Shown: positions 39,750 through 54,242 of the stretch, piece after piece
Position numbering within the stretch: the stretch's first letter is position 1
Layout: every line of letters starts with the position of its first letter
From: Eledone cirrhosa
Lineage: Eukaryota
Direction of reading: 5' to 3'
Assembly (NCBI GenBank): GCA_964016885.1
Contig: OZ024759.1
Coordinates: 19,468,001-19,532,000 of the forward strand
Length of the DNA: 64,000 nucleotides
The notes under the pieces: model-generated
What the model was told of the DNA's origin: nothing
Databases searched by the model: none
What the model saw: only the letters and a program-made list of their open reading frames with translations
Position numbers and translations under genes: made by a program

Positions 39750-40917
39750 CTCTTCCTCCTGACTGGATTAGGTTGGCATAGATCTCAGACACCCCTTCCA
39801 GAAGGTCTTACCAGAAGTAGTGGTTTCCAAATGATCCGATTCGGTCCCCAAAGAAGTCCAACTAAACTTACGAATGTTATCCCACCATCTTGCTTGGGTT
39901 CTACTCCTGGGTCTCCTGCCAGCTGGCTTTGTCTATAAAATCTGTCCAGCAATTCTTTTATTAGACATTCTAACTGCTTGCCCGTAGTATCAGAGCTGTG
40001 GTCCCTCAATTCAGAGATGTCGCAGCTCTACCTGGAGTGACTCTAACGATTCTTTACTGGAACATTCTAACCACATGCCCATAGTATCAGAGCTGTGATC
40101 TCTCAATTCAGAGATGTCGCAGCTCTACCTGGAGTGACTCTAACGATTCTTTACTGGAACATTCTAACCACATGCCCATAGTATCAGAGCTGTGATCTCT
40201 CAATTCATAGATGTAGCAGCTCTACCTGGAGTGACTCCAACAATTCTTTTATTAGATATTCTAACCACATGCCCATAGTATCAGAGCTGTGATCTCTCAA
40301 TTCAGAGATGTCGCAGCTCTACCTGGAGTGACTCTAACGATTCTTTACTGGAACATTCTAACCACATGCCCATAGTATCAGAGCTGTGATCTCTCAATTC
40401 ATAGATGTAGCAGCTCTACCTGGAGTGACTCCAACAATTCTTTTATTAGACATTCTAACCACATGCCCATAGTATCAGAGCTGTGATCTCTCAATTCAGA
40501 GATGTCGCAGCTCTACCTGGAGTGACTCTAACGATTCTTTACTGGAACATTCTAACCACATGCCCATAGTATCAGAGCTGTGATCTCTCAATTCATAGAT
40601 GTAGCAGCTCTACCTGGAGTGACTCCAACAATTCTTTTATTAGACATTCTAACCACATGTCCATAGTATCAGAGCTGTGATCTCTCAATTCATAGATGTA
40701 GCAGCTCTACCTGGAGTGACTCCAACAATTCTTTTATTAGACATTCTAACCACATGTCCATAGTATCAGAGCTGTGATCTCTCAATTCAGAGATGTAGCA
40801 GCTCTACCTGGAGTGACTCCAATGATTCTTTCTCGAGACATTCTAACCACATGTCCATAGTATCAGAGCTGTGGTCTCCCAATTCAGCGATGTAGCAGCT
40901 CTACCTGGAGTGATTCT
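39750..40917 (-). mobile_element. Decayed RTE-like LINE 3' fragment containing a ~10 x 97-bp internal tandem array (39950-40917)
   Basis: The unit on the minus strand encodes ESLQVELL...YYGHVVRMS, homologous to the unamplified copy at 41241-41570. Confidence 0.85.
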
Positions 40918-41240
40918 CACTGTTATAGAGTAACATTACTCTGTAGTATTGGAGCTAGGACCCTTCAATAATAATAATAATGTTTTCTGATTTAGGCACA
41001 AGGCCAACAATTTTGAGGAAGGGGGAAATCGATTAAATCGACCCCAGTGAGTGACTGGTACTTTATTTTATCAGCCCTATAAGGATTAGTCTTTTAGCAT
41101 TTACATTACTCTATATATTTACTGTTATATTTTCACGGTAAAGGCTTTACCTTATATAATTATCTCACATAATATCAAATCTATGAGATTTTGATATTAT
41201 TTATTTTAAGAACAATACCTTAACATCGTTATGAGCAGCC

Positions 41241-41570
41241 GTGGCTCGGAGATCAGAGAGTTGCTCCAGGTATAACTGCTACTTCTCCGAATTGAAAGAT
41301 CAAAGCTCCGATTTGTTGGGCATGTGGTTAGAATGTCTCAGGAAAGAATCGCTGGACAGATTTTACAGGCAAAACCAACAGGTAGGAGACCCAGAGGTAG
41401 ACCCCGAGCAAGATAGTTGGGTAACATCCATGAGCTTGGCTGCTCTCGCTTGGGGATCCAGCCAGATCGGTTGGAGACAGTTGCTTCAGACAGGACCTGC
41501 TGGAAGGAGTGTTTGAGGACTCTGCCCCCCACGACCCTTCAGGAATAAGTGGGCGAAGAAGAAGAAGAAT
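41241..41570 (+). mobile_element. Decayed RTE-like (Expander/Rex3-type C-terminus) LINE 3' end with (GAA)n tail
   Basis: LLLRIERSKLRFVGHVVRMSQERIAGQILQAKPTGRRPRGRPRAR ... LPPRP, with in-frame stops. Confidence 0.8.
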
Positions 41571-41589
41571 TTGGGAAGGATTTACTAGA

Positions 41590-41950
41590 ATTATAATTGT
41601 TTCTACTTTAGGCACAAGGCCAGCAATTATCCCAGTGTATTACTGGTACTTTATTTTATCGACCCCGTAAGGATGAAAGGCAAAGTTAACCTCGGCGGGA
41701 TTTGAACTCAGAATGGCAAGGGCCGTAACTCAAGGCGTCAAAGCATGGCGTCCGACCCTCCATAATAATTGTTTCTACTTTTGGCACAAGGCCAGCTATT
41801 ACCCCAGTGTATTACTGGTACTTTATTTTATCGAGCCCTGTAAGGATGAAAGGCAAAGTTAACCTCGACGGGATTTGAACTCAGACCATAAAGGGCCATA
41901 ACTCTTTGCTGCAAAGCATGGTGTCAGACCCTCTACCAATACTGCCAAAT
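41590..41950 (-). mobile_element. Two tandem SINE family A copies
   Basis: Same diagnostic motifs as 1437-1935. Confidence 0.88.
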
Positions 41951-41984
41951 ATTGGAGGGTTTTAATTTAAGTGTTGTTGTTAGA

Positions 41985-42305
41985 ACTCCTTCATTTCCGA
42001 CGAGGGTTCCAGTTGAGTCATTCAACAGAACAGCTTGCTCATGAAATTAACATGCAAGTGGCTGAGCATTCCACATAGACATGAACCCTTAACATAGTTT
42101 TAAGGAGGTAGGGGATTCAATGTTTGTCTATGTTTACCCCGCGAATTACAGGTACAACTAATCGCTTTTTTTTTTCTAGTTGAGTAGATTGGAACAAGAT
42201 GAAATGAAGTGAAGTGTCTTGCTCAAGGACCCAACACACTGCCCAGTCATGGAATCGAACTCATGACTATATAATCATGAACCAACTACCCTAACCCCTA
42301 TGCCT
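41985..42305 (-). mobile_element. Old tRNA/CORE-like SINE with a different body
   Basis: Minus strand GAGTTCGATTCC box B and CCTTGAGCAAGACACTT; the body is related to 10405-10485. Confidence 0.6.
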
Positions 42306-42323
42306 TTTCGTGTAGGGACCCCT

Positions 42324-42684
42324 TTAACTCTTTAGTATTTGCCCTTGCCATTCTGAGTTCAAATCCCGCCGAGGTTAACTTTGCCTTTCATCCTTACGGG
42401 GTCGATAAAATAAAGTACCAGTAATACACTGGGCAATTGCTGGCCTTGTGCCAAAAGTAGAAACAAGTATTTACATTAATCTATATTTACTATTGTATTT
42501 TCATGGTAAAGGCTTTATCTTACATAATTATCTTATATAATATCAAATCTATGAGATTGTGATATCATTTATTTTGAGAACACTACCTTAACATAAGTAT
42601 GAACAGGCGGTTACGATCGGTTTGAACAGAAAGAGGTGAGAGAATTCTGGCCGGATATGGTCGGTTAAAATGCTAAATGGTTAA
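42324..42684. mobile_element. piggyBac-type MITE interrupted by a 5'-truncated SINE A (42341-42465, +)
   Basis: TTAACTCTTTAGTATTT, then SINE, then AGTATTTACATT...AAATGCTAAATGGTTAA; AGTATTT is duplicated on both sides of the SINE. Confidence 0.75.
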
Positions 42685-43007
42685 AGGCAAAGCTAACCAT
42701 GGTGAAATTTAAATTTAGGACGCAAAAGGCCGTAACTCTATGCTAAAAAGCCGGTTTAAATGGTAGAGGGTTAAAATAGGTGGTTATGTTTCATAGGAAC
42801 CGAGGCAGTTTTGAGTGGTTTAGTATCAATAAGGGATAAAGCAGAACCCCCGAGGAAGGGAGTCCAGCTATAAACCCCATATATAAAATGTTCTAAATCT
42901 ATGGAAGAGTATTAAAAAGATTGAAAAATGATGTAAATCTTTTTCTTTCCAAAATGATTCCTTTCTAATACCTTCCTTATTTAAGAGGAAGTTACTATTC
43001 CACTACA

Positions 43008-44928
<1,921 letters not shown>

Positions 44929-44946
44929 GATACATGTGGGTGCGTG

Positions 44947-47900
44947 CATTATCATCATTCCATGGCCATTTATTGTCTTTCAATGGTTGCGTGGGTTGGA
45001 CATGTCTTATTTTCCAGTACAGCCAGTCTTTACTCATTGCTTTCCTTAATCTCCTCTTCTCTGAGATGTCAGTGATATTTGAGATCAGCTCTCACAAGCT
45101 CCAACCATGCCTACCTTAGTTTTCTTCTACTATCGCCACCGACCAATGGGATTTCCTGACACTCCTTCGCCCACCAATCATCATCCATGCACGTCACGTG
45201 TCCATAACAATGCAGTCTTCTTTCTGCACTTTACATCTCATTCCTTTTATACTCAGTTCAGCCATGCTTTGTTGATAATGTACTTTATCATTGCACGTCT
45301 ATCGAAGCAAGCTTGCTTCATCTCTCTCTTTATCATTGCACGTCTATCGAAGCAAGCTTGCTTCATTTCTATCTTTATCATTGCACATCTATCGAAGCAA
45401 GCTTGCTTCATTTCTATCTTTATCATTGCACATCTATCGAAGCAAGCTTGCTTCATTTCTCTCTTTATCATTGCACGTCTATCGAAGCAAGCTTGCTTCA
45501 TCTCTCTCTTTATCATTGCACGTCTATCGAAGCAAGCTTGCTTCATTTCTATCTTTATCATTGCACATCTATCGAAGCAAGCTTGCTTCATTTCTATCTT
45601 TATCATTGCACATCTATCGAAGCAAGCTTGCTTCATTTCTCTCTTTAGCATTGCACGTCTATCGAAGCAAGCTTGCTTCATTTCTCTCTTTATCATTGCA
45701 CGTCTATCGAAGCAAGCTTGCTTCATTTCTCTCTTTATCATTGCACGTCTATCGAAGCAAGCTTGCTTCATTTCTCTCATTATCATTGCACATCTATCGA
45801 AGCAAGCTTGCTTCATCTCTCTCTTTATCATTGCACGTCTATCGAAGCAAGCTTGCTTCATTTCTCTCTTTATCATTGCACGTCTATCGAAGCAAGCTTG
45901 CTTCATCTCTCTCTTTATCATTGCACGTCTATCGAAGCAAGCTTGCTTCATTTCTCTCTTTATCATTGCACGTCTATCGAAGCAAGCTTGCTTCATTTCT
46001 CTCTTTATCATTGAACGTCTATCGAAGCAAGCTTGCTTCATTTCTCTCTTTATCATTGCACGTCTATCGAAGCAAGCTTGCTTCATCTCTCTCTTTATCA
46101 TTGCACGTCTATCGTAGCAAGCTTGCTTCATCTCTCTCTTTATCATTGCACGTCTATCGAAGCAAGCTTGCTTCATTTCTCTCTTTATCATTGCACGTCT
46201 ATCGAAGCAAGCTTGCTTCATCTCTCTCTTTATCATTGCACATCTATCGAAGCAAGCTTGCTTCATTTCTCTCTTTATCATTGCACGTCTATCGAAGCAA
46301 GCTTGCTTCATTTCTCTCTTTATCATTGCACGTCTATCGAAGCAAGCTTGCTTCATTTCTCTCTTTATCATTGCACGTCTATCGAAGCAAGCTTGCTTCA
46401 TTTCTCTCTTTATCATTGCACGTCTATCGAAGCAAGCTTGCTTCATTTCTCTCTTTATCATTGCACGTCTATCGAAACAAGCTTGCTTCATTTCTCTCTT
46501 TATCATTGCACGTCTATCGAAGCAAGCTTGCTTCATTTCTCTCTTTATCATTGCACATCTATCGAAGCAAGCTTGCTTCATTTCTCTCTTTATCATTGCA
46601 CATCTATCGAAGCAAGCTTGCTTCATTTCTCTCTTTATCATTGCACGTCTATCGAAGCAAGCTTGTTTCTATTCTCTCTTTATCATTGCACATCTATCGA
46701 AGCAAGCTTGCTTCATCTCTCTCTTTATCATTGCACATCTATCGAAGCAAGCTTGCTTCATCTCTCTCTTTATCATTGCACATCTATCGAAGCAAGCTTG
46801 CTTCATTTCTCTCTTTATCATTGCACGTCTATCGAAGCAAGCTTGCTTCATTTCTCTCTTTATCATTGCACGTCTATCGAAGCAAGCTTGTTTCTATTCT
46901 CTCTTTATCATTGCACATCTATCGAAGCAAGCTTGCTTCATCTCTCTCTTTAGCATTGCACGTCTATCGAAGCAAGCTTGCTTCATTTCTCTCTTTATCA
47001 TTGCACGTCTATCGAAGCAAGCTTGCTTCATTTCTCTCTTTATCATTGAACGTCTATCGAAGCAAGCTTGCTTCATTTCTCTCTTTATCATTGCACGTCT
47101 ATCGAAGCAAGCTTGCTTCATCTCTCTCTTTATCATTGCACATCTATCGAAGCAAGCTTGCTTCATTTCTCTCTTTATCATTGCACGTCTATCGAAGCAA
47201 GCTTGCTTCATCTCTCTCTTTATCATTGCACATCTATTGAAGCAAGCTTGCTTCATCTCTCTCTTTAGCATTGCACGTCTATCGAAGCAAGCTTGCTTCA
47301 TTTCTCTCTTTATCATTGCACGTCTATCGAAGCAAGCTTGCTTCATTTCTCTCTTTATCATTGCACGTCTATCGAAGCAAGCCTGCTTCATTTCTCTCTT
47401 TATCATTGCACGTCTATCGAAGCAAGCTTGCTTCATTTCTCTCTTTATCATTGCACGTCTATCGAAGCAAGCTTGCTTCATTTCTCTCTTTATCATTGCA
47501 CGTCTATCGAAGCAAGCTTGCTTCATTTCTCTCTTTATCATTGAACGTCTATCGAAGCAAGCTTGCTTCATTTCTCTCTTTATCATTGCACGTCTATTGA
47601 AGCAAGCTTGCTTCATCTCTCTTTATCATTGCACGTCTATCGAAGAAAGCTTGCTTCATTTCTCTCTTTATCATTGCACGTCTATCGAAGCAAGCTTGCT
47701 TCATCTCTCTCTTTATCATTGCACATCTATCGAAGCAAGCTTGCTTCATTTCTCTCTTTATCATTGCACGTCTATCGAAGCAAGCTTGCTTCATCTCTCT
47801 CTTTATCATTGCACGTCTATCGAAGCAAGCTTGTTTCTATTCTCTCTTTATCATTGCACATCTATCGAAGCAAGCTTGCTTCATTTCTATCTTTATCATT

Positions 47901-48087
47901 GCACGTCTATCGAAGCAAGCTTCATTCATTTCTCTCTTTATCATTGCACATCTATCGAAGCAAGCTTGCTTCATTTCTCTCTTTATCATTGCACGTCTAT
48001 CGAAGCAAGCTTGCTTCATTTCTCTCTTCTCTGTCGCATACCTTCTACATTCACTGCCCATGTCTCACTACCATGCAGCATTGGACT
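44947..48087 (-). mobile_element. Decayed RTE LINE 3' fragment expanded by an internal 45-bp array
   Basis: The right flank encodes MLHGSETWAVNVEGMRQ, the left flank ELSIKGMRC...YGHV-like sequence, and the array unit corresponds to ERNEASMLRWMCN. Confidence 0.88.
45283..48027. repeat. 45-bp tandem array, ~61 copies, each with the 16-bp palindrome GAAGCAAGCTTGCTTC
   Basis: Unit CTTTATCATTGCACGTCTATCGAAGCAAGCTTGCTTCATTTCTCT; one 2-bp deletion near 47620. Confidence 0.97.
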
Positions 48088-48089
48088 TT

Positions 48090-48451
48090 GCACCAGCAAC
48101 ACCAACAGCAATAGCAATAACATCACCACCACCGCCAACAACGCCACCAGTAATAACAATACCGCCAACAACAACAACACCACCACCATAGGCAATAACA
48201 ATGCTACTGCCAGCTCCAGCACCAGCAACAACAACAACAACAACAACAGCAACACCACCACCACCAATAACACCACCACCAATAATACTACCACCAACAC
48301 CAATGATAACACCAACACCACCACCACCACCACTAACAATAACACCACCGCCAACAACAACTATAACAACTATAACAACAACACCAACAATAACATTGCC
48401 AACAAAAACAGCATTGTCAACACCACCGTCACCACCAGCAATAATACCTCC

Positions 48452-48486
<35 letters not shown>

Positions 48487-48636
48487 TAACAACAACAATA
48501 ACAACAATAATAATAATAACGCCAACAGCACCATCACCACCAACAACATCAACAACAATAATCATAATAACAATAATAACACCACCACCACCACCAACAA
48601 CAACAATAACAACACTACCACCACCAACAACAACAT
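48090..48636. repeat. (AAC/AAT/ACC)n cryptic repeat
   Basis: Direct inspection. Confidence 0.9.
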
Positions 48637-49077
48637 CATGCAAGATGTTTAATTTTTAAAGAGTTCTGGAAATATTCCAGTAAAGAAATATGTGATTGGA
48701 ATCAGTGAGAGATTGGTGCTGACTGAAATACTTCTGGGACTAAGTGATAACTAAACGAGGAAGACTGTAAATTAAGCATGATTTTTTTAATTGTCTGTTT
48801 GATTTAATTGTCTATGACACCGCATTCTGAAGTGTGAACTTTTCTGAAACAGTCTTCTGTTTACAATCTTTATTATAGATGATGATTGTGGAAACGAGAA
48901 GAAACCGTTTCAGCTCATGGCCGATCCTCTACTTTAATTAATTTGCATACACCCACTCCGCATCTTTCAATGTATTGAGTACTTTTGATAACCTGTGGTC
49001 TTCCCGGTCCCTGCCACAGGTATTGTATATATAATAGATATATATATATATATATATATCCGCATATGTTATCCCAA

Positions 49078-49185
49078 CATATGTTGATGCCCTAAGGACA
49101 GACACTGGTCTGTTGGAGACGCAGGATATGGCAGCGATAATGAGGGACAGAGACCGCTGGAGAGAACTCGTCCATGGATCTTGGG
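49078..49185 (+). mobile_element. Tiny C-terminal fragment of another RTE-like LINE
   Basis: Translates YVDALRTDTGLLETQDMAAIMRDRDRWRELVH, matching the M-x-D-R-x-x-W-R terminus. Confidence 0.5.
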
Positions 49186-49535
49186 AATTTTACCCGCCTT
49201 AGATAGATAGATATATATCCACTGAAAGTTTTCATGAAATAGTCTTACGACTATACAGAGCATTTGAAGTTTTTCCAAATTGAAGGATAGGTATCTTGAA
49301 CTTTATTTTATCATGAGTTAAGGCTCTATTGATTTTTCCCTGGATTTCACTAAATTCTGTGGATGAATTTATATCCTGACTCTCTTTGAGATGAGTTTAA
49401 ATTATTTTGCCCACATCTTACGTTAACTATTTTTCCCATTTTGACGCTATAGTCACTTATATACTATGGAATGCTGTTCGCTTTTCGCTGCAGTGTTTTC
49501 TATACCTTTCATTTATATATATATATATATATATA

Positions 49536-50258
49536 GGATCTGCGCAGACCGGGGAGGAACGAAGCATTTATGCTCCGCTGGATGTGTAATAGTAATATAC
49601 GTGAACAGCAAAACATAAATGAACTAAGTGAGAAATTAGGTATAAGAGGGATCAGATGCTGTTTACTTGAGAGAAGACTACGTTGGTATGGTCACGTGAT
49701 GCGCATGAAAGACGACAGGTGTATAAAAAAGTGCAGGGCGATCAAAATTGACGCAAGTTACGGAGTGGGCAGACCCAGAAAAACCTGGGACGACTTGATA
49801 AATTCCGACCTTACACACTTACACCTCTCTAAGACAATGTCACTGGACCGAGATCTTTGGCGCCACGCAGTAATACAGAAGATCCACCTTGCCTACAGTC
49901 AGTAGGCACCTCTTAATCAAATATACACCCCCACCCTCACCCCCATCTACACCACCCCCTTCTCTGTAAAGTTTATGTTGGTACCACAACATCCAGTCCT
50001 AAATAAATGAGGTCGTGTATGTGTTATGACAAAAAAAAAACACACAGTCCACGCTGTAATGTGGCCGTGTAGGTAACACGGTAAAACCTCCCCAGTCCAC
50101 ACTGTAAATGTGGTTGGTGTTAGGAAGGGCATCCAGTCGTAGAAAACCTGCCAGACAGCCCTATACGAGCGAGACGACCAATCTTGCCTCAAGAGGGACA
50201 ATTCCTGTCTAAACCCATGCTAGCATGGAAGATAAGCGTTAAACGATGATGATGATGA
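49536..50258 (+). mobile_element. RTE subfamily 2, 5'-truncated (RT C-terminus, 3'UTR, (ATG)n)
   Basis: ORF 49570-49905 MLRWMCNSNIRE...WYGHVMRM...GRPRKTW. Confidence 0.92.
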
Positions 50259-50282
50259 TATATATATGTGTGTGTATGTATC

Positions 50283-50509
50283 AGCATCATTTTACGTACT
50301 TTTTCCTCGTTGCTAAGGGAAGCATGGGTCCTCTTCAGCCCAACAGCATCTCTCCAATCGTCACAGTCCTTCGTCGTCTCTTCTGTGAGCTTCAGCGATC
50401 TGAGAGCCGCTCTCACCACCTCCACCCATGTTTTTCGTGGTCTTCCTCTACTGTGTCTTCTTTCCACAGGGATTTCTAGGCACTTCTTTACCCAACAGTT
50501 ATCTTCCAT

Positions 50510-50512
<3 letters not shown>
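50283..50512 (-). mobile_element. RTE subfamily 3 extreme 3' fragment
   Basis: MEDNCWVKKC...RGRPRKTWVEVVR...DWRDAV, homologous to 33090-33265. Confidence 0.85.
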
Positions 50513-50549
<37 letters not shown>

Positions 50550-52500
50550 ATATTTAATTATGTAAACAACACAGTATTATTATTCCATTACCCAAAGTTA
50601 GACGATTCTGACAGCAGAAACGTTTGATATCGTTCATCAGATGAAATATCTTTATTATACTCTTCTTTCCTGTACCTTTTCTACGGAAATACTTAACACA
50701 CACACACACATACACACACATATTTATATAGGATGGTAGTGCACCTGAGCACTGTACACCATAATTTTATTATTATATAAGTAAGTTTGTTTTGAAAGAG
50801 GGAGCAAAGTTTGAAATTTAGTAGAAACAGAAGCTTTCACCATATTTTTGACTAAAGAAATTTTAGCCTGATAGTAGGGCTTAAAATGGATCAGTATTGA
50901 CATATGTCAATATTCATCCATTTCCATTTTCTAGAGGGTTTTAAGCCCCACTACTTGTCAATATACTTGCTATGAATGTAGCTTCTAATTTGAATGGAAA
51001 GGGATGGGTGATGTATTGGTGTAATCTGGTACACAGCATACATTTACTTCTCTTCCTTCTAACAGTTCTGCAGTTTCACCTGATTTACCTTTCAGGGTGC
51101 TAACATTGATGATAGCAGTCCTGAGATTTGTAACTTGACAGTTAAGCTCTTGAGTAGAAGCTCATTGTACTTGAAAAAGTATTGTTCTCAAAATAAATAA
51201 CATCAAAATTTCATAGATTTGATATTATGTGAGATTATTATATAAGATAAAGCCTTTACCACAACAATACAATAGTAAATATAGAGTAATATAAATGCTA
51301 AAGGGTCAATCTAGCAACAAAAACATTGCCAGCGAATGCTATTCTTCCTTTCTCCCTTCTTTCCATCCAGTCTTGTATGATAATACAAGATATGTCAGAA
51401 AAGAAACATGATGAGTGCCAAAAAAAATATATATATTTCAAATCCAAACTACAAGTTTTCCTTTTCAAAATAACCACCCTCAAGTCTAACGCACTTTCTC
51501 ATCCTGCTTTTTAGATCACCAACATATATATATATCATCATCATCATCGTTTTTACGTCCATTTTTTCTGCATAAAAAGGTAGTCAGAATATATGCATGC
51601 ACATATATATGTATGTATATGTATGACATGTCAAGGACATGGCTACCTTCCTCGTGTTGGTGATCTCCATGATAAACACACCCAGTACATGCTGTTAAGT
51701 GGTTGGTGATCGGAAGAGCATCCAGAGCTATGTTCTTTCCCCACAAATCCAAGTTCGGTTATACTTTGGTCCAGGCTGGTTGGTATAAAACCTACAGCTT
51801 CAATAATAAAGGGTATGAAGCTGAATGACTATCTTGGATATGGGATCTCCTAATTCCTCATCAATAGTTTGTAGATATCCTCCTTAATTTGCATTTTTCT
51901 TACCACTTTGATTTGTCAAGGACATGGGAGCCTCCCTAGTGTTTGGTGATCTATATGATAAACACACCCAGTACATGATGTTAAGTAGTTGGTGATAGGA
52001 AGGGCATCCAGCCTTAGAAATCTTGACAAATAAAGGTTTGTGAGAACTCATCAGTTGTGTCAAAGACATGATAACCTCTGTTGTGCACTGAGTAGAACGT
52101 GAGATTATACATAAGCGTGACACAGATCCCTGGCCTGTCTGGGAGATCAGTGGTTCTGTTTCAGTACTGACTTTGTCTATGTAGACCCGTCCAACCCTTG
52201 CCAGCAGGGAAAATGGTAATTAAAATGACAATGATGATGTATAGTTCAAGAATAAACAAAGCAAACATAGAGATACAAAGGCACAAAGGGTTGGGAGGAC
52301 CCTGTCGTTCTGTCAAAGACATGATAACCTCTCCTGAGCACTTGATAGAACATATGACCATACATAAGCAAGGCACAAATCCCTCCTGGCCTGTCTGGGA
52401 GATCAGTAGCTCCGTTTCAGTACTGACTTGGTCTATGTTGACCTGTCCAACTCTTGCCAGCAGGGAAAGCAGATGTGTTTTGTAGCTTGATGGCTATATG

Positions 52501-52727
52501 TTAACCCTTTAGCATTTACATTACTCTATATTTACTATTATATATTCATGGTAAAGGCTTTACCCCACATAATTATCTCACATAGTCTCGAGTCCATGAG
52601 ATTTTGATGATGTTATTATTTATTTTAAGAAGGATATCATAACAATATGAGCTGCTGGTTATGGCTGGTTTCAAAAAGGGGGAAAAATTCCGGCCAGATA
52701 CAGCCAGTTTAAATGCTAAAGGGTTAA
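52501..52727. mobile_element. piggyBac-type MITE
   Basis: TTAA-CCCTTTAGCATTTA ... TAAATGCTAAAGGG-TTAA. Confidence 0.87.
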
Positions 52728-53049
52728 TCTTTTGTCTCTTACTCCTTTGGACTGCATTTGGCTAATGTCAGATGCTGTGACTTTGGATAAACTAGTCATA
52801 CCATTGGTAGGGGTCAAAACTGCCAAAGTCCATCTCAACAGCCGATGTCTGTGGAGTTCTGTGTCTTTCGTTTGAGTTTTTTTTTTTTTTTCAAATAATT
52901 TTTTAAGGTCTCCCCTTAAAAAATTGTTTTTCATTTTGTTTTATTTCCGTTTGTTGTCTTGTCCTTTCTTTATTAGTTTTCTTAAGTTTATATATATGAT
53001 GATGCTGATGATGATGATATATATATAAATTCAAAAGTATATATATATA

Positions 53050-53250
53050 ACAAAGGAAGTGTGGTAAGGAACCAGGTGGACCATAATGCACCAGAGTACT
53101 GGATACTTTGGATAGTAGAGTGGGTAATAGGAAAAAGTTCAGGACCACGACGGCAGAGCTCCATCTGTTTCGATGGCTATTTCTGGTCCATAAATAGCCG
53201 TCGAAATGGCTTGGGCTCTGCCGTCGGGGTCCTGAACTTTTTCCTATATA
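53050..53250. mobile_element. Palindromic (TA)n-embedded element, relative of 6741-6935 in opposite orientation
   Basis: Arms ATAGGAAAAAGTTCAGGACC... and ...GGTCCTGAACTTTTTCCTAT. Confidence 0.7.
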
Positions 53251-53725
53251 TAAATACATATTAGATTAGATGTTGTCTTCCTGTTTCTTCTACAACAACT
53301 ACAATGGTACGCGATGGGGCCCACCCACAGCCCTAGCGGACAGAAATATACATATATATTTACATTTTTGAATTTGTTTTGCGAGATTTCATATCTGAAA
53401 CGTGTGTTGAAACAGATATTGTTATACTTTGGGAGGGTCATGTTGTCAATAAAAACACACGTACCTCTTGATTTTCACTTCAATTTGTTATAAGTTTCTC
53501 GTTGGCTGGTTGGTTGATTCAATAACGGAAGGTTGTTTATATATTGTCAAGGCTCTTTCATTACACATTCTGTGACCTCCTCAGTGACTAGGTTTTTATT
53601 TTGTGTATCTCTCCTTTGTTCTATCCTTCACCATCTTGTTTTTGTGTGTTGTGAGTTGCGGTCTTAGTTTGCACATGCGTTGCATCCGGGTGTGTGTGTG
53701 TGTGTTTTCTATTTATATATTTATG

Positions 53726-53788
<63 letters not shown>

Positions 53789-53795
53789 TTATCAA

Positions 53796-54080
53796 ATTAT
53801 CAAAGTTTTGTTCAAATCATTTAATAGCTGACAATCATTTCTTCCAAACTCTCGTTTGGAGTCAGCAGAGCATTATCAATGTTTGCACATATAATTAACC
53901 TCGTATTCAACTGAACAATAATAGAGATACACATCAATATATATGTATCTATATTATTGTTCAGTTGAATAGGAGGTTAATTATATGTGCAAACATTGAT
54001 AATGCTCCGATGACTCCAAACGAGAGTTTGGAAGAAACGATTGTCAGCTATTAAATGATTTGAACAAAACTTTGATAATT
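53796..54080. mobile_element. Near-perfect ~135-bp inverted repeat, each arm carrying a hammerhead motif (pLTR-like)
   Basis: Right arm TAATGCT-CCGATGA-C-TCCAAAC-GAGA-GTTTGGA-A-GAAA-CGATTG-TC-AGCTATTA at 54000-54053; mirror copy at 53822-53875. Confidence 0.75.
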
Positions 54081-54242
54081 GTATAATTTATTTATTTTCC
54101 TGCTCTGTAAAACAACTGATGTTCATACATTGAGCTATTTCTCTTACTGGTAATAAGGTAATTAAGAAATTACTGACCTTCCTGTTTATAGTTGTTTATA
54201 CTATATACATAACTATAAATAGTATTATTATTATATATATAA

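Noticed and set aside
45107-47616. MIKREMKQACFDRR-type repeat proteins
   Set aside because: Off-frame readings of the LINE-derived 45-bp unit; the ancestral frame has a stop in each unit.
50615-50650. Further hammerhead-like remnants (also ~7930 and ~48880)
   Set aside because: Core or stems are too degenerate to support.
52735-52870. Possible minus-strand exon MTSLSKVTASDISQMQSKG followed by GTAAGA
   Set aside because: A donor-like motif only; no acceptor, no recognisable homology and no partner exons.
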